A stretch of DNA of 64,000 nucleotides. It comes from an uncultured Gammaproteobacteria bacterium. GTDB lineage: Bacteria > Patescibacteriota > Patescibacteriia > S139-126. Every line of letters begins with the position of its first letter. The stretch's first letter is position 1. The position numbers and the translations under genes are program-made. The notes beneath the pieces were generated by a model, which did not search any database, was not told the origin of the DNA, and worked only from the letters and a program-made list of their open reading frames with translations. Location: positions 241,484 through 305,483 of the forward strand of contig CAZBLW010000001.1 of the NCBI GenBank assembly GCA_964493305.1, written 5' to 3'. This document shows, piece by piece, positions 9,154-17,996 of this stretch.

Positions 9154-10191
9154 ATGACTTTGGAACAGTCAATAAAATTATTTTCCCGCCAAATTGGTTT
9201 TGATTTGGTAGGAATTAGCAGATTACAACCGAGCCAATATACTCAACAGGTAAAAAAATGGTTAGCCCATGGTTTTGCTGGTGAAATGGAATGGTATGGT
9301 AAAAATATCGAAAGACGTCTTGACCCCAGGAAAAATTTATTTGGTCAGGCAATAAGCGCTATCACGGTTGGTTTATTGTATCGGCCAGTTGCTATTCCTG
9401 AAGAATTAAGACAAGACCCGTCGCGGGGTTTGATCGCTCGATATGCCTGGTATGATGATTATCATCAAATCATGGAAAAACTCCTGGAGGGTTTGGCAGA
9501 AAAAATTGGGCGGCAAATCAACAATCAGTGGCAGTATCATATTTATGTTGATACTGGACCGGTATTGGAAAGGGAGGTAGGTAGTCGTGGGGGATTGGGA
9601 TATGTTGGTAAAAACACTACTTTGATTAATACTAAATTAGGTTCATATTTTTTCTTGGGAGAAATTATTTGTGATCTACCTTTGTTAGCGGATAAAGAAA
9701 ATACAAAAGTGGGCACTTGCGGTCTTTGTCGACGTTGTCAGAACCAGTGTCCCACTCAGGCTTTTGTTGGACCTTATCAACTCGATGCCCGCCGGTGTAT
9801 TTCCTATTTAACCATTGAACATAAGGGAGAAATTCCTATTACCTTGCGGCCGTTTATAAAAAATTGGATTTACGGTTGTGATGTTTGCCAGGAAGTTTGT
9901 CCTTGGAACAAACAAGCTAAAAATTATGTTAATCAGAAATTAAAAATTCATCAGGATTTAGTAGCCCCACCTTTACTGGAATTGTTAGATATGACTGAAT
10001 CTGATTTTAAGGAAAGGTTTTCGCATTCACCAATTAAACGAATTGGTTGGAAACGGTGGCTAAGAAATATTTTAATAGCCAGTGGTAACTGGGGACACAA
10101 GTGTTTAAAAAATAAATTATCAGTTTATATTAAACATCCAGACAAATTAGTTGCCAGTACTGCCCATTGGGCACGAGCTCAACTTAAATAA
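9154..10191 (+). CDS. queG: Epoxyqueuosine reductase QueG (cobalamin- and 4Fe-4S-dependent)
   Basis: Typical QueG N-terminus; two ferredoxin-type Cys clusters (CGLCRRCQNQCP, CDVCQEVCPWN); about 345 aa. Confidence 0.8.
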   Translation: MTLEQSIKLFSRQIGFDLVGISRLQPSQYTQQVKKWLAHGFAGEMEWYGKNIERRLDPRKNLFGQAISAITVGLLYRPVAIPEELRQDPSRGLIARYAWYDDYHQIMEKLLEGLAEKIGRQINNQWQYHIYVDTGPVLEREVGSRGGLGYVGKNTTLINTKLGSYFFLGEIICDLPLLADKENTKVGTCGLCRRCQNQCPTQAFVGPYQLDARRCISYLTIEHKGEIPITLRPFIKNWIYGCDVCQEVCPWNKQAKNYVNQKLKIHQDLVAPPLLELLDMTESDFKERFSHSPIKRIGWKRWLRNILIASGNWGHKCLKNKLSVYIKHPDKLVASTAHWARAQLK

Positions 10192-10198
10192 CTTATTT

Positions 10199-11686
10199 AT
10201 GCGAGGAGAGAGTAATATAAAAGTTATCAAACCTTATTATTTTTTGTATTTGGGATTGAGTGGTTTTTTATTGGGCATTGCTCTTGGTTATTTTTGGACC
10301 TGGTCATTTTTTTATTTTTATCTTTTGTTTCTGACATTGTTTTTAGGTTATTATTTTTTTCGTTGGTCAGGATTTTTATTTTTCTTGGTTGTTATTTCTG
10401 GTTGCTGGTTGGGTATAGCGAGATGGCAACAAATAAAAAATTATTTCCCAGCACTTAGTCAGCAGTTGGCATTTGATCAGAATCTAACGCTGACAGTAAA
10501 AGTGGTTACGGAAACCGATATTAGAGTTGATCGGCAACTGTTGACCGTATCACCCTTTGATCATTCTACTAATAAATATTTTTCACAAAAAATATTAATT
10601 ACCGCACCTTTGTATCCGAGTTATCAGTACGGTGATATTTTGCAGTTGGCTGGCAAACTGAAACAACCGGCAGTATTTAGTGATTTTGATTACGCGGCTT
10701 ATCTGGAAAGGTTTGGTATAGTGGCCGTGGTTTATTATCCAGCCATAAAATATATTGGTCGTGAAGAAAATATATTGAGTAAGTTGTTGTTGGTAAAAAA
10801 CAATTTAATTGATCGGGTTAATAGATTATTACCAGAACCAGAAGCAGCTTTTTTAAATGGTTTATTGTGGGGTGCTAAACGGTCAATTCCCGCTACAGTG
10901 TTAAAACAATTTAATTTAACTGGTACCACTCACATAGTGGCATTGTCAGGATATAATATTACTGTTTTAGGATTGATAGTTTTTTTTATTGCCCCTTGGT
11001 TTGGTATTCATCGGAAATTTGCTTTTTGGTTGGTAGTTATTATGGTGGTTATTTTTATTTTTTTGACCGGGTATTCCGCTTCAGTTGTTAGGGCTGGAAT
11101 AATGGGTATCGCAGTGTTGGTGGCCTATCGTTGGGGTGGAGGTGTTAAGCCAGCCATATTGTTATTAGCTTCGGCGGCTATTATGTGTGCTGTTAATCCT
11201 TATATTCTAATACTTGATGTTGGTTTTCAATTGTCTTTTTTGGCTACTATTGGTTTGATTTATTTAGTACCTTGGTTGGAAAAATTTTTGCATTTTTTAC
11301 CTTATAAATTGGGCATCAAAGAATCGGTTTTAGCCACCACAGCCGCTATGATTATGACTACACCTTTGATTGTTTATCAATTCGGACGTTTATCCTTAGT
11401 CTCATTGTTGGTGAATGTTTTAATTTTATTTGTCATTCCGTTGGTTATGGCTGGTGGTTTTTTAGCAGTTATAATCAGTTATATTATCCAACCGTTAGGA
11501 CAATTAATTGCCTGGCTGACTTATTTGGGTTTACATTATATTATTGTTATAACTGAATTTTTTTCTCGTTGGCGTTTAGTTGCATTGGTTATTGATAAGC
11601 CACATATCGTTTGGATCGGACTGGTGTATTTGTTTATTTTTTTATTTATTTTTTATGAACAAAGAAAAAAGACGTCTCTGGTTTAG
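10199..11686 (+). CDS. comEC: ComEC/Rec2 competence protein, N-terminal DUF4131 + competence channel domain
   Basis: Many TM helices, ComEC-type channel region. The internal ATG at 10199 immediately follows the queG stop. Confidence 0.7.
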   Translation: MRGESNIKVIKPYYFLYLGLSGFLLGIALGYFWTWSFFYFYLLFLTLFLGYYFFRWSGFLFFLVVISGCWLGIARWQQIKNYFPALSQQLAFDQNLTLTVKVVTETDIRVDRQLLTVSPFDHSTNKYFSQKILITAPLYPSYQYGDILQLAGKLKQPAVFSDFDYAAYLERFGIVAVVYYPAIKYIGREENILSKLLLVKNNLIDRVNRLLPEPEAAFLNGLLWGAKRSIPATVLKQFNLTGTTHIVALSGYNITVLGLIVFFIAPWFGIHRKFAFWLVVIMVVIFIFLTGYSASVVRAGIMGIAVLVAYRWGGGVKPAILLLASAAIMCAVNPYILILDVGFQLSFLATIGLIYLVPWLEKFLHFLPYKLGIKESVLATTAAMIMTTPLIVYQFGRLSLVSLLVNVLILFVIPLVMAGGFLAVIISYIIQPLGQLIAWLTYLGLHYIIVITEFFSRWRLVALVIDKPHIVWIGLVYLFIFLFIFYEQRKKTSLV

Positions 11687-12545
11687 CATTGTTAGTGCTA
11701 GTTTACTGTTAATGATAATAATTTTTTTGTTAATTAGACTTGGAGATTGGTCTGAGGTTTATTATCAAAAATTTTTTCATCGTTCTCAGGTTGATATATA
11801 TTTTTTAGATGTTGGTCAAGGTGATGCCACACTATTTTATACTGACAATAGGCAAACGGTTTTAGTTGATGGTGGACCTGATTTGTCTGTTCTTTATGGA
11901 TTGGGTCGAGCTTTGCCTTTTTATGAAAAAACTATCGACTTGTTGGTTTTAACCCATCCCGATAGTGATCATGTTAATGGGCTAGTAGAAGTGACCAAAC
12001 GTTACCAGGTAAACAAAGTTTTATATACTGGGGTGACTGATGATTTACCAGCTTATCAATTATGGCAGAAAATATTGAAACAACGGGGGATAGAAGTGGT
12101 TTTTGCCCAAGCTGGACAGCACTTTGATTTTGGCAGTTTAGGTTTAGAAGTCCTTTATCCTCAAAATAATTTGTGGGATCAAGTTTTTAGGGACAATAAT
12201 TCCAGTTCCTTGGTTTTAAAATTCAGTGTTGACCAGGTTGATTTTTTATTAACCGGTGATTTGCCGGCTGAACAGGAATTAGAACTTTTAGAAATTTATT
12301 CAGATTTAGATGTAGAAGTAATTAAAGCCGGTCATCATGGCTCAAAAACATCAACGTCGAGAGAATTTTTAGCAGCCACCACACCTGCTTATGTTATTAT
12401 TTCTACGGCGGCAGATAATACTTATGGCCACCCCCATTTTGTTGTTATTCAAAGAATTATGAATACTCAGGCACAGATTTTACGTACCGATCAGTTGGGT
12501 ACTATTAGAATGGTAACTCAAGGTGAAAATATTGAAATAAAATGA
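11655..12545 (+). CDS. ComEC-associated metallo-beta-lactamase domain protein (separate ORF, different frame)
   Basis: FLDVGQGDATLF, HPDSDHVNGL and AGHHGSKTSTS motifs of the ComEC C-terminal MBL domain. It overlaps the upstream comEC ORF by about 32 nt in another frame. Confidence 0.7.
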   Translation: MNKEKRRLWFSIVSASLLLMIIIFLLIRLGDWSEVYYQKFFHRSQVDIYFLDVGQGDATLFYTDNRQTVLVDGGPDLSVLYGLGRALPFYEKTIDLLVLTHPDSDHVNGLVEVTKRYQVNKVLYTGVTDDLPAYQLWQKILKQRGIEVVFAQAGQHFDFGSLGLEVLYPQNNLWDQVFRDNNSSSLVLKFSVDQVDFLLTGDLPAEQELELLEIYSDLDVEVIKAGHHGSKTSTSREFLAATTPAYVIISTAADNTYGHPHFVVIQRIMNTQAQILRTDQLGTIRMVTQGENIEIK

Positions 12546-12581
12546 AGGTTTTGTTATACTTAAGCCAAGTAATAATTATTT

Positions 12582-12956
12582 ATGCCCAAAAATAAAAAAG
12601 TTTTAATTGTCGAAGACGAAGAGTCATTAGCTCAAATGTATCAAACTAAATTTGAACACGAAGGGTATGAGGTGGTCGTTGCCACTGATGGATCTGAAGG
12701 AGTAATCAAAGCCAATGATGAAAAGCCCGACATAATTTTACTTGATATTATTTTGCCCAAGAAAGACGGATTTATGGTTTTGAAAGAATTGAAAGCAGGT
12801 AAAACCACCGCTGATATCAAAGTAATTATGTTGACCAACTTAGGTCAAGACGAAGATGTCGTCAAGGGAAAGAAATTGGGAGCGATTGATTATCTAGTAA
12901 AAGCCAATTTGACCCCAGCTCAATTAGTTGATAAAGTAGCAGAATATTTAAAATAA
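12582..12956 (+). CDS. Stand-alone response regulator receiver (CheY-like) domain protein
   Basis: VLIVEDEESLA...ILLDIILPKKDGF...KxxxxxYLVKA receiver-domain motifs; 124 aa. Confidence 0.8.
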   Translation: MPKNKKVLIVEDEESLAQMYQTKFEHEGYEVVVATDGSEGVIKANDEKPDIILLDIILPKKDGFMVLKELKAGKTTADIKVIMLTNLGQDEDVVKGKKLGAIDYLVKANLTPAQLVDKVAEYLK

Positions 12957-12964
12957 TTTTAGTT

Positions 12965-13438
12965 ATGTCAAAATTAGAAAGAACACTTATTATCATCAAA
13001 CCCGATGCCCTACAGCGAAATTTGTTAGGTCGAATTATTACTCGTTTTGAGGAAAAAGGTTTAAAAATAGCTGGAATGAAAATGGGATATTTATCTGATG
13101 AAATATTGAATGAGCATTATTCTCATCACGTTGATAAACCGTTTTTCAATGATTTAAAATCTTTCATGAAATCATCACCAGTAGTTTTTTTGGTTTTAGA
13201 AGGTGTGGAAGTGATTGAAACAGTCCGTTTAGTAGTTGGTTCTACCAAAGGCAGAGTGGCTGACGTTGGTTCCATTAGGGGTGATTTTTCTATGTCAGCT
13301 TCCAATAACATCGTTCATGCTTCTGATAGTTTAGAATCAGCCAGTAAAGAGATTAGTAGATTTTTTAAAACTGACGAGTTGTTTGCTTATCATAAAGACG
13401 ATTGGAATTGGGTTTATGCCAACGATGAACTCAGTTAA
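12965..13438 (+). CDS. ndk: Nucleoside diphosphate kinase
   Basis: ERTLIIIKPDALQRNLLG and NIVHASDS active-site His motif. Confidence 0.9.
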   Translation: MSKLERTLIIIKPDALQRNLLGRIITRFEEKGLKIAGMKMGYLSDEILNEHYSHHVDKPFFNDLKSFMKSSPVVFLVLEGVEVIETVRLVVGSTKGRVADVGSIRGDFSMSASNNIVHASDSLESASKEISRFFKTDELFAYHKDDWNWVYANDELS

Positions 13439-13463
13439 ATAATCAACCAAAGATATCCACAAT

Positions 13464-13488
13464 TAACCGCCAAATAGGCGGTTTTTTG
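13464..13488 (+). terminator. Intrinsic terminator after ndk (ACCGCC-AAAT-AGGCGGT + T-run)
   Basis: Hairpin plus TTTTTT read directly. Confidence 0.6.
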
Positions 13489-13544
13489 CTATTTTTAGGC
13501 ACGTTTTATAATCTTTTTATTATTTATCAAGTTATGCTATACTA

Positions 13545-13766
13545 TATATGCACGGAGAGGGAATCCTAGATACGCCTTTCTACAATAGAGGCTTCAAGGG
13601 ATTCTTATATCGGACAGGTTTGATGAGAATTCTAGAAACTTTTTCAGAAAATCTGATCCTGCGGAAACCCACCTGATTCTCAGGGAAGCGGTACTAGGAT
13701 TATCCTAAAGTGCACCCTACATAGGCTGGAGAGGTCGTCCGAGATGGATGGCCTCTTTAGTTTTTA
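13545..13766 (+). ncRNA. Candidate structured non-coding RNA of unknown class (about 210 nt) with its own -10-like element and intrinsic terminator
   Basis: It lies in a 390-bp region between convergent genes with no ORF. A TATACT/TATATAT -10-like box sits at 13538-13549. Several local hairpins are present (for example TCAGA-AAA-TCTGA). The terminal hairpin GAGGUC...GGCCUC needs a U-G wobble on the + strand only, followed by a U-run at 13756-13765. Searches for RNase P, SRP, tmRNA and cobalamin-riboswitch motifs were not convincing. Confidence 0.3.
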
Positions 13767-13827
13767 TAAATAGTAATAAATAAAAAATCCTTTTAGTATT
13801 AGTAAAAGGATTGTAAATTGACAAAAA

Positions 13828-14202
13828 TTATTTTTTGAAAGCTTTAACCAATAGATATAAAACCGGTCTGGTTAGTGCCACCGTTAGTAACAGGACAAAA
13901 AACCAAACGCCAATATTGTTGGTATCGTTCAATTCCCATAAGGCCATCAAGAACATAACCACAATAATAACTATATGAGACAGATAACCGGTTAGGTAAG
14001 CATTTTCTTTGTCCTTATCGTCGTGATAGGGGATGTAAGCAATTGTGCTGGCTACTATAGCTACTAGCATCACAATCAATACTAAAATTTGTTTATCTCC
14101 TTGATAAGTGAAAAAAGGAATCAAAGATAAAACTAACAAAAAAGTAAAAATCCAATTAAATGCCTTGATAAGTTTTGAGTTCATATAACTAATAAATAGC
14201 AT
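13828..14202 (-). CDS. Hypothetical membrane protein (4 TM)
   Basis: 124-aa hydrophobic ORF. Confidence 0.45.
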   Translation of the reverse strand: MLFISYMNSKLIKAFNWIFTFLLVLSLIPFFTYQGDKQILVLIVMLVAIVASTIAYIPYHDDKDKENAYLTGYLSHIVIIVVMFLMALWELNDTNNIGVWFFVLLLTVALTRPVLYLLVKAFKK

Positions 14203-14278
14203 TATTTTATTTGCTTGACAAGTGGTTTGATTGTAAAATTTTATAATTTATAATTTATAACTTATAATTAATTAAGAC

Positions 14279-14293
14279 GGGGTATAGCGCAGG
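14279..14293 (+). repeat. 15-nt direct repeat identical to positions 1-15 of tRNA-Pro (CGGGGTATAGCGCAG), left copy
   Basis: Exact match to 14584-14598. It is followed by a GC-rich stretch with alternative hairpins (GGCCCTAACGGGCC / GGGCCATTAGGCCC) at 14294-14330. Confidence 0.7.
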
Positions 14294-14348
14294 CCTGGCC
14301 CTAACGGGCCATTAGGCCCGGGGCTGGCTAGCACTTAGGAAAATAATT

Positions 14349-14606
14349 ATGTATTACGTTTATATATTGAAAAGTTTAAAGGATAATAATAAATATATTG
14401 GGTCCACTAACAATTTACAGAGAAGAATTAGAGAACATAACGCTGGTAAAGTATTATCTACAAAAAATAGAAGACCATTAATTTTAATATATAAAGAGAA
14501 GTATGATAATGAGTCCGAAGCTAGAGGAAAAGAAAAGTTTTATAAAACTTATAGTGGTTTTAAAGAATTAAGAGATAAATTATCGGGGTATAGCGCAGTT
14601 GGCTAG
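14349..14606 (+). CDS. Small GIY-YIG (URI-domain) nuclease family protein (COG2827/UPF0213-like)
   Basis: MYYVYILKS...YIGSTNNLQRRIREHNAGK...RRP motifs of the short GIY-YIG family; 85 aa. The last 23 nt of the ORF (GYSAVG-stop) lie inside the tRNA-Pro gene. Confidence 0.85.
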   Translation: MYYVYILKSLKDNNKYIGSTNNLQRRIREHNAGKVLSTKNRRPLILIYKEKYDNESEARGKEKFYKTYSGFKELRDKLSGYSAVG

Positions 14607-14660
14607 CGCGCATGCATGGGGTGCATGAGGTCGCCGGTTCAAGTCCGGCTACCCCGACCA
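14584..14660 (+). tRNA. tRNA-Pro (anticodon GGG), CCA encoded
   Basis: Manual cloverleaf: acceptor CGGGGTA/TACCCCG, D-stem GCGC/GCGC, anticodon arm CATGC-ATGGGGT-GCATG, T-arm GCCGG-TTCAAGT-CCGGC, discriminator A, CCA. Confidence 0.85.
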
Positions 14661-14701
14661 ATCGCAACTATAATTTGTAGGGAGTCTATAAAATTATAAA
14701 A

Positions 14702-15376
14702 ATGAATTCATTTCATTTAAAACTTCTCGCCTGCTTGTTTATGCTCGTGGATCATATTGGAGCATTGTTTTTTCCCGATTTGGTTTGGTTACGGTTAATT
14801 GGTCGTTTAAGCTTTCCAATTTTTGCTTTCTTATTGGCCGGCGGTTTTATTTATACCAGTAATATCTACAAATACTTAGGACGTTTGTTTATTTTTGCTC
14901 TTATTACCCAACCTTTTTTTTATTTAGCTTTTCCCGGTAATACTCTTAATATTTTTGCCACTTTGTTTTTAGGACTGGTGGCAATTTTGTTTTATGACAA
15001 AATTAAAAATAGATACTTGGCTTGGTTGGCAGTATTGCTGGTAGCTATTGTTGGTGAATTAATCAAAGTTGATTATGGTTTATATGGAGTTTTATTTCCT
15101 TTGTCCTTTTATCTATTTATTAAACAAAAAAGTTTTTCTAGACTGATTATTTTTCAGATAATTTTGAATTTAATTTTTATTTTAAAATTTTATATATTTA
15201 TCCAGCTTAATTTATTTGTTTTTACTTATCAGTTATTCATCCAATTTTTTTCCCTTTTTAGTATTTGGTTGATTAAGTATTACAATGGGCAAAGAGGTAG
15301 AAGATTTAAATATGCTTTTTATTCTTTTTATCCTTTACATATTTTAGTTTTAGTTTTGCTTAAATATTTTTTATAA
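14702..15376 (+). CDS. TraX-family-like polytopic membrane protein
   Basis: N-terminus FHLKLLACLFMLVDHIGALFFP resembles the TraX family; about 6 TM. Confidence 0.45.
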   Translation: MNSFHLKLLACLFMLVDHIGALFFPDLVWLRLIGRLSFPIFAFLLAGGFIYTSNIYKYLGRLFIFALITQPFFYLAFPGNTLNIFATLFLGLVAILFYDKIKNRYLAWLAVLLVAIVGELIKVDYGLYGVLFPLSFYLFIKQKSFSRLIIFQIILNLIFILKFYIFIQLNLFVFTYQLFIQFFSLFSIWLIKYYNGQRGRRFKYAFYSFYPLHILVLVLLKYFL

Positions 15377-15380
15377 ATTT

Positions 15381-15998
15381 ATGAAAATATTTTTACGTTT
15401 GTTAATTTTTTTAGCCACCACAATTTTTATTTTATTGCTACCAATTTATTTTTTATTATGGCAAAAAGGTATTATTGTTAAAACCGTCCTAGCCACCCAA
15501 GTTGTTGATGTAATAAGTCAGAATGAGCTAATTACTCTCACTACTGACACTCTAAATTATTTATTAGGTCAGAATGAGTTGCCGACAATTTTTCCCCAAG
15601 CGGAAGCAGACCATATGTCAGATGTGGCTGATTTGATCAAGCAAGGTTTTTATACTCTAGTCATCACTACTCTACTATTGATAGTCATGTTAGTTTTTTT
15701 TCAGGTATTAGGATCGCCAGAAGTATTTTATAAATTATTTAGAGGTGGAGCAGTGTTTGCCATGATAGTATTGTTCATCGTTGCTTTGTTGGTACTGATT
15801 GATTTTACTGTCAATTTTTTGTATTTTCATAATTTATTTTTTCCTCAAGGAAATTTTATATTTCCGGAAAATAGTTTGTTGATCCAAGTTTTTACGGAAA
15901 GGTTTTTTAAAGAAATATCCATATATATTTTTATGGGCGCGGTTTTGTTGGCTGGTATAATTATCACCTTGTCTACTTATAAATTGCGAGAAAAATAA
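15381..15998 (+). CDS. DUF1461 (Lit-like) integral membrane protein
   Basis: Membrane protein with the HMSDVADL motif typical of DUF1461/TIGR01906. Confidence 0.45.
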   Translation: MKIFLRLLIFLATTIFILLLPIYFLLWQKGIIVKTVLATQVVDVISQNELITLTTDTLNYLLGQNELPTIFPQAEADHMSDVADLIKQGFYTLVITTLLLIVMLVFFQVLGSPEVFYKLFRGGAVFAMIVLFIVALLVLIDFTVNFLYFHNLFFPQGNFIFPENSLLIQVFTERFFKEISIYIFMGAVLLAGIIITLSTYKLREK

Positions 15999-16022
15999 AA
16001 GCTCCGAATTATTCGGAGCTCT
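15999..16022. terminator. Bidirectional terminator hairpin (GCTCCGAAT-T-ATTCGGAGC)
   Basis: 9-bp perfect stem between convergent genes, A-run upstream. Confidence 0.55.
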
Positions 16023-16040
16023 AAATGGGATTGATTTTGT

Positions 16041-16511
16041 TTATTTTTTTATTTTTTCCCAAGGTAGATAATTGGGGTCATGACCGTCAATAAACTCAAT
16101 TTTGACTACTTTATAGCCGTTGGGATCAGCTTTGATTTCATCTTCATCTTCATCTAAGATAAGCAAGATCATGCTATCATCATAGTTTGGATTTTTTCCT
16201 AAGTATTCACCTTGGTATTTGGTGAAAGAAAGGTGGCGATAGTTGGCTAAAAGATAATAGCCTTGTTTAATGGCTTTGACGGCTACCCATTGCCAAATGA
16301 TACGAACAATATCTTGTCCGTTGATATTTTCACTCACAATAAAATCTATTACTCCTCGTACAATATTTCTTTTTTTTCTGCCACTACTTAAAGTGGTCAT
16401 AAATTCTATCTCAATTTGTCCGCCGTTGTATTCAGCAAGCATTTCATACATCAGGCCAGTAGTCAGGCCTGAGGTGTCATAGATTTTTTTAAATAGTTCA
16501 ATTTTGCTCAT
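16041..16511 (-). CDS. Hypothetical cytoplasmic protein (156 aa)
   Basis: Clean ORF with its own divergent promoter region; no family recognised. Confidence 0.45.
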   Translation of the reverse strand: MSKIELFKKIYDTSGLTTGLMYEMLAEYNGGQIEIEFMTTLSSGRKKRNIVRGVIDFIVSENINGQDIVRIIWQWVAVKAIKQGYYLLANYRHLSFTKYQGEYLGKNPNYDDSMILLILDEDEDEIKADPNGYKVVKIEFIDGHDPNYLPWEKIKK

Positions 16512-16639
16512 GGTAATTTTTCCTATATTGTTAAAGAAATTTCGCTTTATTATAACAGAAAATTCTATTATGTCAAGATTTAGTTTAATTTTTTCTTGTG
16601 ATATACTACTAATAGATATTAATTATTAATAAAATTTTT

Positions 16640-17029
16640 ATGAAAGGATATGTCGGAAATATCGAAACAGAAACAAAAAACAACAGTAATTTTCGCAAAG
16701 TGCTATACACTGCCCAGCACAGTCAATTGGTGGTGATGAGTTTATTACCCGGTGAAGATATCGGTGAGGAAGTACACACCTTAGATCAATTTATTAGAAT
16801 AGAGAGCGGTCAGGGACAAGCTGTATTGGATGGAGTCACTCACGATATTGCTGATGATTTTGCTGTTGTGATTCCCGCTGGCACCAAACACAATATCATC
16901 AATACTGGTGATGGCTCGATGAAACTTTATACTTTATATTCTCCGCCCGAACATCGTCATGATGTAGTTCATATTACTAAAGCTGACGCCCAAGTGGAGG
17001 AACATTTTGATGGTGTAACTACAGAGTAA
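16640..17029 (+). CDS. Cupin-domain protein
   Basis: Two-motif cupin pattern (G..VH.....F....G and V.IPAG..H...N.G). Confidence 0.75.
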   Translation: MKGYVGNIETETKNNSNFRKVLYTAQHSQLVVMSLLPGEDIGEEVHTLDQFIRIESGQGQAVLDGVTHDIADDFAVVIPAGTKHNIINTGDGSMKLYTLYSPPEHRHDVVHITKADAQVEEHFDGVTTE

Positions 17030-17986
17030 TTGATGTACTTTGTATTTATGTCAAAAAATAAAAAGTTAGTTTGGTTGATAATAATTTTAGGATTGATTGG
17101 GTTTAGTTGGTGGTGGCAACAAAAACAATTGAATAATCTCTGGTCACAATCTGATTGGTCTGCTGGTGGTCGAGTGATGGATTGGCAAAAAACTTCAACT
17201 GATATTTTGCATAGTTTGGTAGCAGAAGCTGATAGTTCAGCTGCTAAGGTCAGTGCACTTGTCCATACTCCTACACCACTGCGTACTGAAACGAAAAATA
17301 AAACCGATCAACTGACAACTGTCGGTGTTATAAGTCAAACTAACCAATTTAGGCAGAGTAATGGACTGCCACTCTTGGTAGAGAATTCATTATTGGCCCA
17401 AGCGGCACAAAAAAAATTAGCTGATATGGTTGCCGGTCAATATTTTGATCATATTTCTCCTCAAGGTATAGGAGCCGGAGATTTGATTACTTCAGTCGGA
17501 TATAAGTTTATCGCTGTTGGTGAGAACTTAGCCGTAGGGGGATATATTGATGATGCTGATTTGGTTCAAGCTTGGATGGATAGTCCTGGTCATCGAGAAA
17601 ATATTTTAAGTACAAATTATACTGAGATTGGCGTGGCCGTTCAGTACGTGGAATTTGAAGGTTCAATGACTTGGTTGGCAGTGCAAGAATTTGGTCGCCC
17701 CACTTCGGATTGTCCGGTAGTTAATCAAAATTTAAAAAATCAAATCACAATTTGGCAGCAATCTTTAAATGAACAAGCTGAACAATTAGATGTTAAACAG
17801 GCAGAACTAACCGCTAGCAAACCCGATGCCAATGCTACGCGCGAGAAAATTCAAATTTACAATCAACAAGTGGCTGAATATAATTTGTTGGTTGCGGCTT
17901 ACAAACAATTGGCTGATAAATTGCGTTTACAAGTACAACTTTACAATCAACAAGTAGAACAATTCAATCTTTGTTTAAAAAAATAA
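17030..17986 (+). CDS. CAP/SCP (PR-1-like) domain secreted protein with C-terminal coiled-coil repeats
   Basis: GHRENILSTNYTEIGVAV CAP signature; N-terminal signal/TM; tandem IQIYNQQVAEYN / VQLYNQQVEQFN repeats. Confidence 0.65.
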   Translation: MMYFVFMSKNKKLVWLIIILGLIGFSWWWQQKQLNNLWSQSDWSAGGRVMDWQKTSTDILHSLVAEADSSAAKVSALVHTPTPLRTETKNKTDQLTTVGVISQTNQFRQSNGLPLLVENSLLAQAAQKKLADMVAGQYFDHISPQGIGAGDLITSVGYKFIAVGENLAVGGYIDDADLVQAWMDSPGHRENILSTNYTEIGVAVQYVEFEGSMTWLAVQEFGRPTSDCPVVNQNLKNQITIWQQSLNEQAEQLDVKQAELTASKPDANATREKIQIYNQQVAEYNLLVAAYKQLADKLRLQVQLYNQQVEQFNLCLKK

Positions 17987-17996
17987 TTATTTTTAT

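Noticed and set aside
13680-13760. Cobalamin riboswitch in the orphan RNA region (AGGGAAGCGGUAC...GGCUGGAGAGGUCGUCC resembles B12-box-like strings)
   Set aside because: The match is loose and there is no downstream gene on that strand to regulate. It is kept only as an unclassified ncRNA candidate.
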